Source: Cenarchaeum sp. (lineage in GTDB: Archaea > Thermoproteota > Nitrososphaeria > Nitrososphaerales > Nitrosopumilaceae). Taken from it: a stretch of 64,000 nt of DNA. The translations under genes and the position numbers were made by a program. Positions 1 to 11,703 of this stretch are shown piece after piece (the stretch's first letter is position 1; each line of letters starts with the position of its first letter). The stretch spans positions 96,001-160,000 of the forward strand of contig OZ243037.1 in NCBI GenBank assembly GCA_965212015.1, written 5' to 3'. The notes beneath the pieces are model-generated. The model was not told where the DNA came from and searched no databases. It was given only the letters and a program-made list of their open reading frames with translations.

Positions 1-3000
1 GGTGATGCAAACGACTTTGTCACGTCCGCTATACTTCAAGAATTCCAGAGGTCGCTTGCAATCAACGATGACGGCACGGTAATGTACGTCCTTGCTGCCA
101 GAGACCTCTATGCGTATACGTTCGGTGTGGCATATGACGTGAGTACCCTGTCCCTAGAGGCCACGCAGCCGCTGGGGACGGCCAATTCGGCACAGGGCCT
201 TGCGTTCTCGACTGACCTTACAACAATGTCTTTTGTAAGAAACGACCCCAGCAACACCGTACACGAATTCACGCTAAACGCGATACCCGTCCTTGGAATT
301 CCCACCTTTAGCTTCTTTGAGGAGGGCAACGACGTCTCTGGCCTCGCCATTCCCGCATCCGATCCCGACGGTGACACACTGGAATACCGCCTCTCGAACC
401 ATCCGGGCTGGCTGAGCATAGATTCCGCCACGGGAGATCTCTCCGGTGTGGTTCCACAGGACAACTCGCCTGATTTCAGAAACACGGACACGCCGGCAAG
501 GTGCTTCGATACCGGCTCTGTATCGTTTACAGTTACGGTATCTGATGACGGCTTTGATGGCAATGATGCCGATGATGTCTCGCGCGACTATACCGTTACT
601 ATAAACAACCAACAGAGGCTCGCCAACACGGTACCTGTAGTCGCAGGCGGCACGGGCGTTCCACTTGCCACAACCGCAGAACAGCTGGATCTCTCCCTGT
701 ATACTGTTGATGCCGATACCGAGGACACCCTGACGTATTTCCTTGTGAGTGCGACAGGCGACCCCGTTGTTCCTGACTCTGCCACGCTTGATGTCGATAC
801 CGGCCTGCTTGCCTTTACGCCGACCGGTGATGCCGGTCCGGCCACCATCATGTATAGGGCATGTGACGGCTCAAACGAAGTCCCTTTGACGGTAACGACT
901 AACACTGCCGCTGTGATCATGGGCATCTCTGACCAGACGATAAACGAGGGACAGACGCTGGATTCCCTGAATTTGAATATTATTTCCGATACCGCCTCCC
1001 CGCTCTTTAACGTCACACAAATATCAATAGAAGGCGATATCGTGCCTATATTTGCAAAGAACAGTTCCATATCAATATCGCAAGAGCCGCTTCCTGGACT
1101 ATTGCCGGGAGATCCGGATCTTAACGGTACGTCATCGGGCGGCGGATCACTAAGCCCTGATGATCTCCAAAGGGCGTTTCTGATATCGAGTATTGAAGAA
1201 CTAGGGAATAATGACCCGCGGCTGGATGAACGGATAGAGGAGGAATTACGGCAACTAGATGAGGGGGTGCCGTTTGATGAGGTGATAGACCCCCGTATAA
1301 TAATACACACGATACCTGACGATTTCGTGGACGCGGGCCTTGCACAGTCGCCGCCCGCCACGATATCCTATACGTATGTCCTGGAGAATGGAAACGTGTT
1401 TAGCGGAGTCTTTGATTTAGTTGTAAACAGGATAGATGATGCCCCCACATCCATGCTGCCGGCATCCTATGTAGTTGATCCCCTGGATGCGAACACGCTG
1501 GTATTCTTGGACACTCTTTTTGAGGATTCGGAGGGCGATGACATCGTGTATAATGTGACCAACCCGGATCCCGGAATCGTAGATTTGAGCATTTTGTCAT
1601 CATCAAACGTATTGATCATTGATCCGGTATCGCCAGGCATAGTGGCAGCTAGGCTGTGCGCCGAAAGCATAGCACCGGGCATAACAAACGCTGTCACCTG
1701 TGAGACTATTCCGGTTATAGTGCGGGGCATAGAGACGACCGAGTCCGGCATATTCCAGGACTCTTCAGTTAATGTACGCCATGGCCTTTTGGATGCGGAT
1801 GTCGTCCTGAACTGGGACGATTTTGCCATAGACCCGACGGTGGCGTTTAACCACATTATAATAACTGCCGACAATGCGGATGCAACGGGGGAGATTCGAA
1901 TCAACCAGACCGATCGCGCCACCCTTGTTCCCGTGTTGACCTCGGACGGAACCACAGTCCACACTAGAATATTCCCATCCAACGGCTCTGGGTCCATATC
2001 GTATGATCCGACATCCGACTTTACATCCACCTCGGATTCTGTAACATTCACTGCCGTCCTGCACGGTCCGTCAATAATCCCGTCCACGGGGGTCGTTATA
2101 GGAGATGTCATTCCGCTGGTCCATGACAGCCTGACGGTCAATTACATAATTGTCACCGTTAACACTGACGCGGCACCCGGGCCACTGCAAGGGGACCTGG
2201 CTTTTGGACCGCGCCACACCTCTGACCGGTTTGCCATCCCACTGGATGACCTGTTTGTGGATAATGACAACAGCAGGCCCCGCCTTGATGTTGCCATAAT
2301 GACCCAGAGCAACCAGGCGTTAACCGCCAATATAGTGGGCGATCTTCTCATCATAACGCCCCCCGGTCCCAATTGTAACTGCCAGACCCTGTTTACCTTT
2401 GCCCTGGATGACGGGGTAAATCCGCCCCAACCCGAACAATTGTTATTCCGATTCGAGTCGGATCCTGCCGGAACCGTACCGGTGGGATTTCCACAATCCC
2501 CGGTAGGCAGGTTCTTTTTGCCACCCGGATTTGAGCCGTTCTTCATAAATCTTGCAGATCAGGTCGTCAGGGGGGATGCCGCCTTTGCGGAGAATGTTGT
2601 GATCAGTAACGTTCAGCTGCCAGATGACGGTAATGGCGTCCGAGATAACTCTCACATCACTGCAACCATGCACAATGCCACCCATTACCAAATAGCCCCC
2701 GGCACGAATGACCTTGTCGGATTTGAAATAATAACGTTTGATGTAGGGTTTGTAGAAGACCCTGTTAATGCGAATGTGTTTACGTCATACAGGTTCGAAT
2801 TTGCCGATGCGCCTGAGACTGCCCAGCAGCAGGTCTCTTCGGGAGGCGGCGATGACGACACGCAGTGGAAGACAAAGCCGACGTTTGGCAAGTCGTACAC
2901 GACTGGCCAAAAAATAGTGGACTGCGGCTATTCCATGGACAATGTCTGCCGCGACGTAACTGACTATCACGTCGATTACAAACGCAATACCATAGAGACT

Positions 3001-3723
3001 GACTCGCTTCACGACTTTACGCTAACGGCGTACGCACAAAACGGCCTGCGCTCGTTTAACATCGGCTTTGGCCTGCCCGGAATAGGCTCGCCCCTGAATG
3101 CTGCAGAGGCGCAGATTAACGTAAACCTGATACGTGACTATTCCCTGGACTCCACGTACATGATAGACTCTGTGGAATATTCAAACGAGAATCGCGTGAT
3201 AGGCGAGGACGCCACCTTTGAGATATCGCGCGTACAGTGCCTGCCCGCAGACAATAACGAGCTGTGCGTGCGGCTGAGCATAGATGGCGTACTGTTCCGC
3301 GAGACGCTGTACGACGAGCCGTTTGCAATAAACGCGCTGGACTCAAAGAGGCGCGGCACCACACACTATATGAACGAGGGACTGCTGGTGTATGGCGACT
3401 CGCTAAACGCGCCCCCCACGCACGAGCTCAGCGAGAGGCACTCAAACCAGGGCGACGCAGTAAAGCTGCACCTGACTCGGACCGACAAGCTTGCAGACGT
3501 GTGGACCGACCAGCTGGGACACCAGTGGACAAAGAACGCGTTTGGCACGTGGTCGTACGTGGATGCGCCGCCAGTCGACATGTCGAGTGCGTGTACCGAC
3601 GAGGACAATCGTGCGTGTGATGCCTTTGCCCAAAAGCGCGACGCGCACATTATTCAGTTGGAGGAGCTGCGTGATTCCGTGTATGGCGGGGCGTACGTCA
3701 CTTCACATGACGGACAGCAGTGA
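1..3723 (+). CDS. Large surface/secreted protein with Ig/cadherin-like repeats and a thaumarchaeal C-terminal domain (5'-partial)
   Basis: Frame 1 is open from base 1, so the true start lies upstream of the window. Cadherin/He_PIG-like motifs (DPDGDTLEYRLSNHPGWLSIDSATGDLSG, DSEGDDIVY), acidic and Thr-rich. C-terminal block begins SSGGGDDD..KTKPTFGKSY. Confidence 0.75.
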   Translation, partial: GDANDFVTSAILQEFQRSLAINDDGTVMYVLAARDLYAYTFGVAYDVSTLSLEATQPLGTANSAQGLAFSTDLTTMSFVRNDPSNTVHEFTLNAIPVLGIPTFSFFEEGNDVSGLAIPASDPDGDTLEYRLSNHPGWLSIDSATGDLSGVVPQDNSPDFRNTDTPARCFDTGSVSFTVTVSDDGFDGNDADDVSRDYTVTINNQQRLANTVPVVAGGTGVPLATTAEQLDLSLYTVDADTEDTLTYFLVSATGDPVVPDSATLDVDTGLLAFTPTGDAGPATIMYRACDGSNEVPLTVTTNTAAVIMGISDQTINEGQTLDSLNLNIISDTASPLFNVTQISIEGDIVPIFAKNSSISISQEPLPGLLPGDPDLNGTSSGGGSLSPDDLQRAFLISSIEELGNNDPRLDERIEEELRQLDEGVPFDEVIDPRIIIHTIPDDFVDAGLAQSPPATISYTYVLENGNVFSGVFDLVVNRIDDAPTSMLPASYVVDPLDANTLVFLDTLFEDSEGDDIVYNVTNPDPGIVDLSILSSSNVLIIDPVSPGIVAARLCAESIAPGITNAVTCETIPVIVRGIETTESGIFQDSSVNVRHGLLDADVVLNWDDFAIDPTVAFNHIIITADNADATGEIRINQTDRATLVPVLTSDGTTVHTRIFPSNGSGSISYDPTSDFTSTSDSVTFTAVLHGPSIIPSTGVVIGDVIPLVHDSLTVNYIIVTVNTDAAPGPLQGDLAFGPRHTSDRFAIPLDDLFVDNDNSRPRLDVAIMTQSNQALTANIVGDLLIITPPGPNCNCQTLFTFALDDGVNPPQPEQLLFRFESDPAGTVPVGFPQSPVGRFFLPPGFEPFFINLADQVVRGDAAFAENVVISNVQLPDDGNGVRDNSHITATMHNATHYQIAPGTNDLVGFEIITFDVGFVEDPVNANVFTSYRFEFADAPETAQQQVSSGGGDDDTQWKTKPTFGKSYTTGQKIVDCGYSMDNVCRDVTDYHVDYKRNTIETDSLHDFTLTAYAQNGLRSFNIGFGLPGIGSPLNAAEAQINVNLIRDYSLDSTYMIDSVEYSNENRVIGEDATFEISRVQCLPADNNELCVRLSIDGVLFRETLYDEPFAINALDSKRRGTTHYMNEGLLVYGDSLNAPPTHELSERHSNQGDAVKLHLTRTDKLADVWTDQLGHQWTKNAFGTWSYVDAPPVDMSSACTDEDNRACDAFAQKRDAHIIQLEELRDSVYGGAYVTSHDGQQ

Positions 3724-4211
3724 CTGGCACGAACACAAGGGTTTTTGCAGGCGCGTCCCGGACTCGTACCATACTGTGGCAGGCTGCATATTCCCCGAAT
3801 GCGGATTTCTGGGCGGCATACCTGCGTTTGAGAAAAGAGGCCACTATAGCGATCAGAAAAAGTAACCCGAAATGGATGGAGGGGGATTCCCATGACTGAG
3901 TATACTATTCATATAGTACGCCAGTCGACATACTGCCTCAAACCATTTATAGCATTCACGACCATCTGTTTTAGATGAGCTCAGACATTGAAGAGTTTGC
4001 AGTATGCGTGGAGTGCGGAAACTCCATTGAAAAATGCCAGTGCGTGTGCCCCTTTTGCGGGGAGCGCGACGAATGCGAGTGCGCGCTGGGCGATGCGGCC
4101 ACGGGCGGCTAGGCGGGCCGGTGCGCAGAAGATAAAGCGCATGCACGGGCCTCTGACGCCCTCTTGCCGTTAACCGAATTATTAATATTCAATCAGGCGA
4201 TTTTGCAGTGT

Positions 4212-6119
4212 ATGAATACCGATGTTTCATGGCTGATCGGGGGGCCGCAGGGCAGCGGCGTCGAGTCTGCGGCCAACATTTTTTCCCTAGTGTGCGCAAA
4301 GATGGGATACCAGATATTTGGAAAACGGGAATTTTACTCTAACATAAAGGGGGAGCACAGCTATTTCGTGGTCCGCGTGGCAGACAAGAAAATACGCTCA
4401 AACGTCAACGACGTGACGCTGATGACCTCTTATGACGCAGAGACGATATTCAGGCACGCAGCAGAGGTGATGGAGGGCGGCGCCATCCTGTACGACTCTG
4501 GCCTTGATGCGACATCCACCGACGACGTACGCACGCTTGACGCACCGTACAAAAAACGGCTCGACTCGTACCTGGCCTCGCAGGACAAGCCTTGCAGCAT
4601 TGCCGGAATACTGGAGCTTGCAAAACAAAACGGCGCGCACCTCTATCCCGTGTCGTTTGACTCCATCTTGGGGACACTGGCAGAACAGGCGGGCAATCCA
4701 AAGCTAAAAAACATGAAAAGGATGTTCAACGTGATCGGAGTCTCCCTTTCTTTGGGGATGCTAAGCATGCCAGTAGAGCCGCTGCTAGAATCAATCGAGT
4801 CAATATTTGAGAAAAAGCCAAAAGTTGCAAACATCAACAAGCATGCGGCAAACATTGCGTATGGTGAGGGGGCATCGTTTGGGGATTTCAAGTGCGCCCT
4901 GACGCGCATAAAAAAAGCCCCGCACACGATGCTGGTGCAGGGATATCAGGGAACCGCGATAGGAAAGATGGCGTGCGGATGCAGGTTCCAGCCGTACTAT
5001 CCGATAACGCCGGCGTCTGACGAAAGCGTCTATCTGGAATCCAACGAAATACTAGGCGTCTCAGGCGACCGGCCGGGATCCACGCTGGTAGTGCAGACCG
5101 AAGACGAGATATGCGCGATAGGCATGACTATTGGCGGCGCGATAACTGGCACACGTTCTGCCACCTGCACGTCGGGCCCCGGATTCTCCCTCATGGCCGA
5201 AATGCTCGGATGGTCTGGCATAAACGAGGTCCCGATAGTAGTCACCATGTACCAGCGAAGCGGCCCGTCGACGGGGCTTCCCACGCGGCACGGCCAGGAC
5301 GATCTCTTGTTTGCCATCAATGCGGGACACGGGGAATTCCCGAAAATCGTCTATGCGTCTGGCGACGTCGAGGAGAGCTTTTATGACACGGCCAGGTGCT
5401 TTAATTATTCCGAAGTCTACCAGCTGCCGGTAATACACATGATGGACAAGTTTCATGCAAGCTCGATAGTCACCTGTCCCAGGTTTGATCCGGCAAAGAT
5501 CACCATTGACCGGGGAAAGCTGCTGGAGAAAATCCAGACGCAGGACTATAAGCGCTTTGAGCTGACAGGCGACGGCATATCGCCGCGCTCAAAGCTCGGA
5601 CTGAAAGGCGGGATATTCTGGAACACCGGCGATGAGAGCGACGAGTACGGCCACATATCAGAAGATCCGACGGTCCGCGTGCAAATGATGGACAAGCGTC
5701 TTGGCAAGCTCTCCAAAATACTGCAAGAGGTGCCAGATGTGGATCAGGCAGTCTCCTTTGGCGTATGCGAGCACACCATAGTGAGCTGGGGCTCAAACAA
5801 GGGCCCGATTCTTGACGCAATCGACATGCTAAGGCAGGAGGGCGCAAGCGTGGGCTTTGTGCAGGTAAAGCTCTTGCACCCGTTTCCCGCCGGATACCTA
5901 GAGTTTCTCCTAAAGGACGCAAGGGTGATAATCGACATTGAGGCAAACCAGACCGGCCAGCTGGGAGGCCTCATCCGGCAGCACCTCGGGAGGGAGCCGG
6001 ACTATTATATAGTAAAGTATACGGGCCGCGCGATGACTAGCACCGAGGTCTATGACTCGCTCAAAAAAATCATCGCCGGAACCGCAGAGCAGAGGGAGGT
6101 ACTAGTACATGGTGCTTAG
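4212..6119 (+). CDS. korA: 2-oxoacid:ferredoxin oxidoreductase alpha subunit
   Basis: Motifs [46 protein letters not shown] at 4212 chosen because it follows a TATA-like TTAATA. Confidence 0.93.
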   Translation: MNTDVSWLIGGPQGSGVESAANIFSLVCAKMGYQIFGKREFYSNIKGEHSYFVVRVADKKIRSNVNDVTLMTSYDAETIFRHAAEVMEGGAILYDSGLDATSTDDVRTLDAPYKKRLDSYLASQDKPCSIAGILELAKQNGAHLYPVSFDSILGTLAEQAGNPKLKNMKRMFNVIGVSLSLGMLSMPVEPLLESIESIFEKKPKVANINKHAANIAYGEGASFGDFKCALTRIKKAPHTMLVQGYQGTAIGKMACGCRFQPYYPITPASDESVYLESNEILGVSGDRPGSTLVVQTEDEICAIGMTIGGAITGTRSATCTSGPGFSLMAEMLGWSGINEVPIVVTMYQRSGPSTGLPTRHGQDDLLFAINAGHGEFPKIVYASGDVEESFYDTARCFNYSEVYQLPVIHMMDKFHASSIVTCPRFDPAKITIDRGKLLEKIQTQDYKRFELTGDGISPRSKLGLKGGIFWNTGDESDEYGHISEDPTVRVQMMDKRLGKLSKILQEVPDVDQAVSFGVCEHTIVSWGSNKGPILDAIDMLRQEGASVGFVQVKLLHPFPAGYLEFLLKDARVIIDIEANQTGQLGGLIRQHLGREPDYYIVKYTGRAMTSTEVYDSLKKIIAGTAEQREVLVHGA

Positions 6120-7071
6120 GATGGCCGACTACAAGACCGGGGTGCACAACGACTGGTGTCCCGGATGCGGCGATTTTGGAATCGTAAACGCGATTCAGAT
6201 GGCCCTGGCGGAGCTAGAGATTCCCAGGCACAAGGCAGCATTGTTCTCGGGAATAGGATGCTCGGGCAAGACCTCGCACTATGTAAACGTGTACGGCATT
6301 CACACGCTTCACGGGCGCGTCCTGCCGTTTGCCCAGGGCGCAAAGCTTGCAAATCCGGACATGACTATAGTTGCGGCAGGCGGCGACGGAGACGGGCTTG
6401 GAATCGGCGCCGGCCACTTTGTGGCGGCGGGCCGCCGCAACATAGACATGACATACATCATCTTTGACAACGGCGTATACGGGCTGACAAAGGGGCAGGC
6501 CTCGCCGACGCTGAGGCTGGGCGAAAAGACAAAGTCGCTTCCGTCGCCGAACACGAACTATAACGTAAACCCGATAGGCCTTGCAGTCGCCAGCGGGTTT
6601 ACCTTTGTCGCGCGCGGATACTCGTATGATGTCAGGCACCTAAAGGATCTCATAAAGGCGGCAATATGCCACAAGGGACTTGCGTTTCTAGACGTGCTCC
6701 AGCCGTGTCCGACGTACAACGACATAAACACCAGGGACTGGTACGCCGGAAAGGATCTGGCAGAGGATGCGGCACGGCGGCACTCTAGGATTTACAAGCT
6801 AGACGACGTGCAGTATGATCCCGTGGTGCACTATAACGAAGAGTCCGAGTCAAACGAAAAGCTGAGCCAGGCCCTGATAAAGTCGCTTGAATGGGGGCGG
6901 GGGATTCCCACCGGCATATTTTACAAAAACGAGACAATCACCCCGTACGGCGGGCGCATCGGCGACAGGATTCCAAACTATTCGGAGAATCCGCCGTACA
7001 AGCAGAGAATTGCAAGGCACGGCAGGCCGATTACCGACGTCTCCGGACTGCTTGACTCACTCGAGATATGA
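6109..7071 (+). CDS. korB: 2-oxoacid:ferredoxin oxidoreductase beta subunit
   Basis: [24 protein letters not shown] motif GDGD..N, QPCPTYN; overlaps the alpha subunit gene. Confidence 0.95.
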   Translation: MVLRMADYKTGVHNDWCPGCGDFGIVNAIQMALAELEIPRHKAALFSGIGCSGKTSHYVNVYGIHTLHGRVLPFAQGAKLANPDMTIVAAGGDGDGLGIGAGHFVAAGRRNIDMTYIIFDNGVYGLTKGQASPTLRLGEKTKSLPSPNTNYNVNPIGLAVASGFTFVARGYSYDVRHLKDLIKAAICHKGLAFLDVLQPCPTYNDINTRDWYAGKDLAEDAARRHSRIYKLDDVQYDPVVHYNEESESNEKLSQALIKSLEWGRGIPTGIFYKNETITPYGGRIGDRIPNYSENPPYKQRIARHGRPITDVSGLLDSLEI

Positions 7072-7092
7072 TATTGTGTGCCGCAGGCGGGA

Positions 7093-7635
7093 TTACGCAG
7101 AATCTGCGGCACTCCATGCCCCGCCAGAAAACGTGAACCTCTTTTGGCCTGCGTGCGCCTCGCCGAACCCCCACCTCCGGGACTTTTCGTCATACCTGTA
7201 TGTCAGGCGCGTCGCACCGTGCGGAATGCCGTCCGGGTTGAGGTGGTACGGCAGCAGCTCCAGGACAAAGTCTATCTTTTCGACTGCATTGTCGTACAGG
7301 TGCCTGTCGACTGCGTCAATTACAAAGGATATCGACGGGCTTCCCGCAAAGACGAGCCGTATCTTTAGCGCGTTTTTGCTTCCGCGCCTTTTTTTCATCT
7401 CCTTGAAGAGCGACTTTATCTTCTCCCAGCGCCCGAATCCAAACCAGTCGAAAAAATCCCCGGAAAACGGCAGCGGGATAAAGATTGACATGACGCTGAT
7501 AAAGTCCGGATCCGGCTCTTGCATCTCTGTCTGTATGACGGTAAACCTAGAGTTGAGGTACCCGTATGCCACCTCCAGCTCCCACGGCGAGATTCCAGAC
7601 GACTCGATGCGCGCCTCTAGCGCCTGACCGATCAT
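7093..7635 (-). CDS. Conserved hypothetical protein
   Basis: 180-aa ORF with protein-like composition; no motif recognised. Confidence 0.7.
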   Translation of the reverse strand: MIGQALEARIESSGISPWELEVAYGYLNSRFTVIQTEMQEPDPDFISVMSIFIPLPFSGDFFDWFGFGRWEKIKSLFKEMKKRRGSKNALKIRLVFAGSPSISFVIDAVDRHLYDNAVEKIDFVLELLPYHLNPDGIPHGATRLTYRYDEKSRRWGFGEAHAGQKRFTFSGGAWSAADSA

Positions 7636-7675
7636 TGCCTTGTGACTGTGGGAATTGTAATTAAAGCTTGACTGC

Positions 7676-8224
7676 TCATATGGTGTTTATGTACTTCCAG
7701 AGATAAAACACCCCGACTGTTCCGATAAATACTACCATCGGCTTCCACGCAAAGACCGGAATGCTGGGCGTCGAGAGCCTGATTTTATAGTTGTCAATCA
7801 CGCTGTGCACGTACTTGCTTATGCGCGAGTTCCATATCCGATAGTCGATCTGGTGCTTTTTTAGCATGGCCTCAATCTCGTATATTACCGGCGTGTTTTG
7901 GCAGAACAGGTGCTGGAAATAGTCCCTGGATATCTCTACTTCGCCCTGGATGGCGACCAGGCCCTTTTTTAGCTCGACGAACCGTATGTGCATCTCCCAG
8001 GGTTTTTTCAGCTTTAGGTTCAGGCCGTGGCCTATCTGGGACGGTTTTTTGTGCTCGAACTTTACCCTGGTGAATCCCTCGTTTTTGAACAGCCCGACTA
8101 GCTCGTTTATGTTCTTTTTTACCACCACGTGCAGGTGCTCGACTCCGGACTTGTCTACCTTGATGCGGTCCCTCAGCCCGTCTGTCAGGGATACGGTCTT
8201 TGGGTATCTGGTGAGGTATTCCAT
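7676..8224 (-). CDS. Hypothetical protein with C-terminal transmembrane helix
   Basis: 182-aa ORF ending in hydrophobic PMVVFIGTVGVFYLW; TTTAAA about 25 nt upstream on the minus strand. Confidence 0.75.
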   Translation of the reverse strand: MEYLTRYPKTVSLTDGLRDRIKVDKSGVEHLHVVVKKNINELVGLFKNEGFTRVKFEHKKPSQIGHGLNLKLKKPWEMHIRFVELKKGLVAIQGEVEISRDYFQHLFCQNTPVIYEIEAMLKKHQIDYRIWNSRISKYVHSVIDNYKIRLSTPSIPVFAWKPMVVFIGTVGVFYLWKYINTI

Positions 8225-8297
8225 TTGTCCTGCGTCGTTTTGGCCTCTTTAAAACGGTTAGGTTTCCGCGCGATCAGTACGCACATGCCCGTAATCA

Positions 8298-8305
8298 CAT
8301 AAATA
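8298..8305 (+). promoter_or_regulatory. Archaeal TATA box for the surface-protein gene
   Basis: CATAAATA centred ~26 nt upstream of ATG 8328. Similar spacing to TTAAATA (18725) and ATG 18752. Confidence 0.55.
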
Positions 8306-8327
8306 GTGCGGCGCCTCCACCCAAGTC

Positions 8328-11080
8328 ATGTCCGGAACGGCGTTATCCAAATCCCCCCCCTAGCTTTAAAATATACGCCGTATGCGGCCCTTGCAATAGT
8401 AATGCTGGCGCTCTCTACCGGTACAGCATATGCCGCAGAATCCGATGATTCCTCGCCCGCAATACTAAACACGATTCAAAACTTTGAGATTTCCGCCGGC
8501 GAGACGGCAAAGCTGTACCTTCACACAAAGTTTACAGATGATGGCGCAATGACGTATGCGGTAGATGCGGCAGACTCTGCAATAGTGTCCGTACGGACAG
8601 ACGGGAGCCGGGTTGCAATGACCGGGCTTGCGGCAGGCACCACGCAGGTTACCGCATGCGCCAGCGACGGCACAAACGATGCAACGTGCCAGACGTTCCG
8701 GGTAACCGTACAGCCATCTGCCACGCCGGTAAAAATATCAAACACGATTCAAAACTTTGAGATTTTAAATGGTGAGACGGCAAAGCTGTACCTTCACACA
8801 AAGTTTTCGGGCCAGGGAGATCTGGAATATACGGCTGATGCGGCAGACTCTACAATAGTGTCCATACAGACAGACAAGGGCAGGGTTGCAATGACCGGGC
8901 TTGCGGCAGGCTCTACGCAGGTTACCGCATGCGCCAGCGACGGCACGGGCGAGCCGCTCTGCCAGAGATACACAGTTACAGTCGCCGCAGGGTCGGTTCT
9001 GCTGCCGCCGCCGGATCTCACGGCAGAGGCCACGGGAATGCTGACGGCAATAGATATCGGCACTGCACGGATTGAGGGCGGTAACTCTAGAATAACCAGC
9101 GACGCGCCGGATTCGTTCCCGCTGGGCGATACCGTCGTGACGTGGAGTGCAGACGGCCACGGGGATGTGGCCCAGACTGTCACCATACGGGATACGACCC
9201 CGCCTAAATTTGGCGTGCTGCGCGACATAAAGGTCGGAGTGTCGCCTGAGCGGCCGCTATTGTTCTATAACACTCCGGATGCAAGTGATCTTGCAGACGA
9301 CTCTGTAGACGTATCGTGTATACCTGAGCGCGAGACGGCAGTCACGCTTGGCACCGTCAGCGTAACATGTACTGCAACTGACGATTCCGGCAATTCCAGC
9401 ACGGGATCCTTTGACGTTACTATGGTTCCGTTTGATGACGGCCTCACGCCAGACACCATACAGTATGATCTTAATGCGCCAATCATTACGGCCCCCGATG
9501 ACATTACCGCAGAGGCGACAGGCGTACTGACTGCGGTGGATATCGGCACTGCCACAGCAAAGGACGCAGACGGCGACTTTCCCACGGTAAGCAGTAATGC
9601 GCCGGACTCTTATCCGCTGGGGGACACGGTAGTGACGTGGACTGCCGTTAATAGTGGCGGCTATGTCGCGCGCGCACACCAGAGTATTACCGTACAGGAC
9701 ACCACGCCGCCGTCATTTGATGTCGTACCGGAGGATGTCAAGCTTGAATCGCAAAACGGCACCGCGTCGCTTTACTATGACACTCCGACTGTGACTGATC
9801 TGGTAGATGGTCGTCCCGGCGTGACATGCGAGCCTGCAGCAGGCACGCAGTTGCCTGCCGGCACCACCAAAATCACCTGCACTGCCACGGATAATGCGGG
9901 CAATTCCGGCATGGTGTCGTTTGATGCCACGGTAATTACCGGCGACGACTCTGCCGCACCGCCGACCAAAGTCGCGTATAACCCCATGAGTATGATAACT
10001 GCGACCATTCCATTTCAAAATAGTTATCTTGGATCCTCTATTGACATAGACGGGAACACCATGGTTGTAGGCGCGTATGGCCACATCCATGATAGTCCGG
10101 AGGACGGTGCAGCATATGTGTTTACACGAACAGCTGACGGCTGGAGTGAGCCCGTCAAGCTTACTGCCGATGAAGGGTTTTGGTTTGGAAGAACCGTGGC
10201 CATACATGGTGATACAATAGTGGCCGGTACCAGAAACAGCGATGGCGGTGCCGTACACGTGTTTACGCGCGACAACAATGTCTGGGTGCAGTCCGATACG
10301 CTGCTAATCAACGGTACGGCCAGTGTTTATTTCGGCAGAAGCGTTGACATTTACGAGGATACAATCGTGGTTGGTGCGGACGTCATACATGCAAGTGACA
10401 CCAGTCCCGGATCGGCATACATATTTACACGGACAGCCGACGGCTGGAGTGAATCCCAAAAGATTGCTGCAAATGACGGCAGTAGAGGCGATCATTTTGG
10501 CTGGGATGTGGCCATTGATCAGAAAACCATTATCGTGGGCTCGTTTAAAAATGCCCTTTATGTCTTTGATGTGAACGACGGTGTGTGGAGCCAGACCCAA
10601 AAGATCACATCTGTAGATAGTGAACATCGAGATTATTTTGGCAAAAGTGCAGCCATACACAATGATACAATGGTTGTGGGTGCTGCCGGTGATGATGATA
10701 TGGGCTCTAACTCTGGCTCTGCATATGTTTTTACCAGAAATGATGCCACAAACAGCTGGGAGGAGGTCTCAAAGCTGCAGCCAGATGACGGCGCGCGTCT
10801 TGACTATTTTGGCAACAGCGTTTCAGTATATGACGACACTGTAATAGCGGGCTCGGTTTTTCACGGTGCGGGTGCGGCCTATGTCTTTAAGAACGGCGAC
10901 AATGCATGGGAGTTTGACTCCAAGCTGACTGTGGATGACGGCAGAAAACACAACTGGTTCGGTTACGAGGTCCGGGCGTATCAAGACACGCTCCTTGTGG
11001 GCTCGATACTGACGGACGGTCAGCTCGAAGGCGAGCTAGTATACAACTCTGGGGCAGTATACGAGTACAATCCGCCATAG
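8328..11080 (+). CDS. Secreted surface protein: 2 Ig-like repeats, HYR domains and FG-GAP beta-propeller; likely start ATG 8328 is out of frame at a C8 tract
   Basis: Signal-peptide-like AALAIVMLALSTGTAYA; HYR-like DTTPP / FPLGDTVVTW / TCTATD; FG-GAP blades (FG.SV.I..DT.VVGA...GSAYVF). The ORF-track GTG at 8306 directly abuts the TATA box. Confidence 0.8.
8353..8360 (+). repeat. C8 homopolymer in the 5' coding region (candidate slipped-strand switch)
   Basis: atcccccccctag. The ATG 8328 frame stops at TAG 8361-8363; one more C (or two fewer) joins it to the long ORF. Confidence 0.7.
8468..8985 (+). repeat. Tandem intragenic duplication, 273-bp (91-aa) period
   Basis: aacacgattcaaaactttgagattt at 8468 and 8741; NTIQNFEI..GETAKLYLHTKF..TQVTACASDGT occurs twice. 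Confidence 0.9.
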
Positions 11081-11463
11081 CATTGGAGCGACTGAACCGT
11101 ATCTGCGTTAGCTTGGCAAAAGCCAGGTTCGGTATCGGGACGTTCCTGCGGATCAGGCAACGCAGTCCCGGCGCAGGCTGCGCACATGGACGCACTGCTC
11201 GTGGGATATGGCCATCTCGTCGCAGCCGATCCTGCGGTCAGTCATTGCCGCGCCGGAATCCCTGACTATTACGATCGGAGTGGACTCTGAGCTCTCGCCC
11301 ATCTTTAGGTTTGCAATTGTGGCCAGGCTGTCAGCTGTCGCCTGAAAGGTCACCTTTAGAGGCCGTCCATTCAGGTCGGTTTTTGCGCGCATGTCTGCCA
11401 CCGGTTCTAGTCCGGCGCACGCTATTGCCACGCCGGTCGTTCCGACCCTTGCAGGCATGAGCC
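10424..11463 (+). repeat. Long direct repeat copy A (surface-gene 3' end plus cofE 3' end)
   Basis: Matches 15082-16120. Stop codons at 11080/15737 and 11153/15810 are both offset by 4657 bp. Confidence 0.93.
11153..11463 (-). pseudogene. cofE: 3' fragment of cofE (F420:glutamate ligase), fused to a transposase fragment
   Basis: LMPARVGTTGVAIACAG...SLRRDCVA is nearly identical to the C-terminus of the full gene at 15810-16592. Confidence 0.9.
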
Positions 11464-11703
11464 AGTTTTGCACCGATTGGTACGATACGACGCAATCGCG
11501 CGCAGTATCTGCCACACTGCGTCCGTTTATTTTTATCATGCAGATGGCGTGCAGTCTCTCTCCTACCGGTGTGCGTTTGTTTTGCTTGTAGGTTTGGAGG
11601 AGTTTTTTTATTTTTTGCGTCCATGGCACGTATGAATGACTAGTGATCAAAAAAGAGCTTGGTTAAAAGTTATTGATCTTCAAAAAACTTATGCGTTTGG
11701 CTA
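11464..11703 (-). mobile_element. IS630-family remnant (left end plus N-terminal HTH of transposase)
   Basis: ERLHAICMIKINGRSVADTARDCVVSYQSVQNW resembles an IS630/Tc1 HTH. The element end abuts TA at 11704-11705, where intact repeat copies read cCTAGtatgaaaaag; CTAG is the classical IS630 target. Confidence 0.65.

Noticed and set aside
11153-11650. 165-aa ORF as a real novel fusion protein
   Set aside because: It is a deletion junction between a degenerate transposase fragment and the 3' part of cofE.
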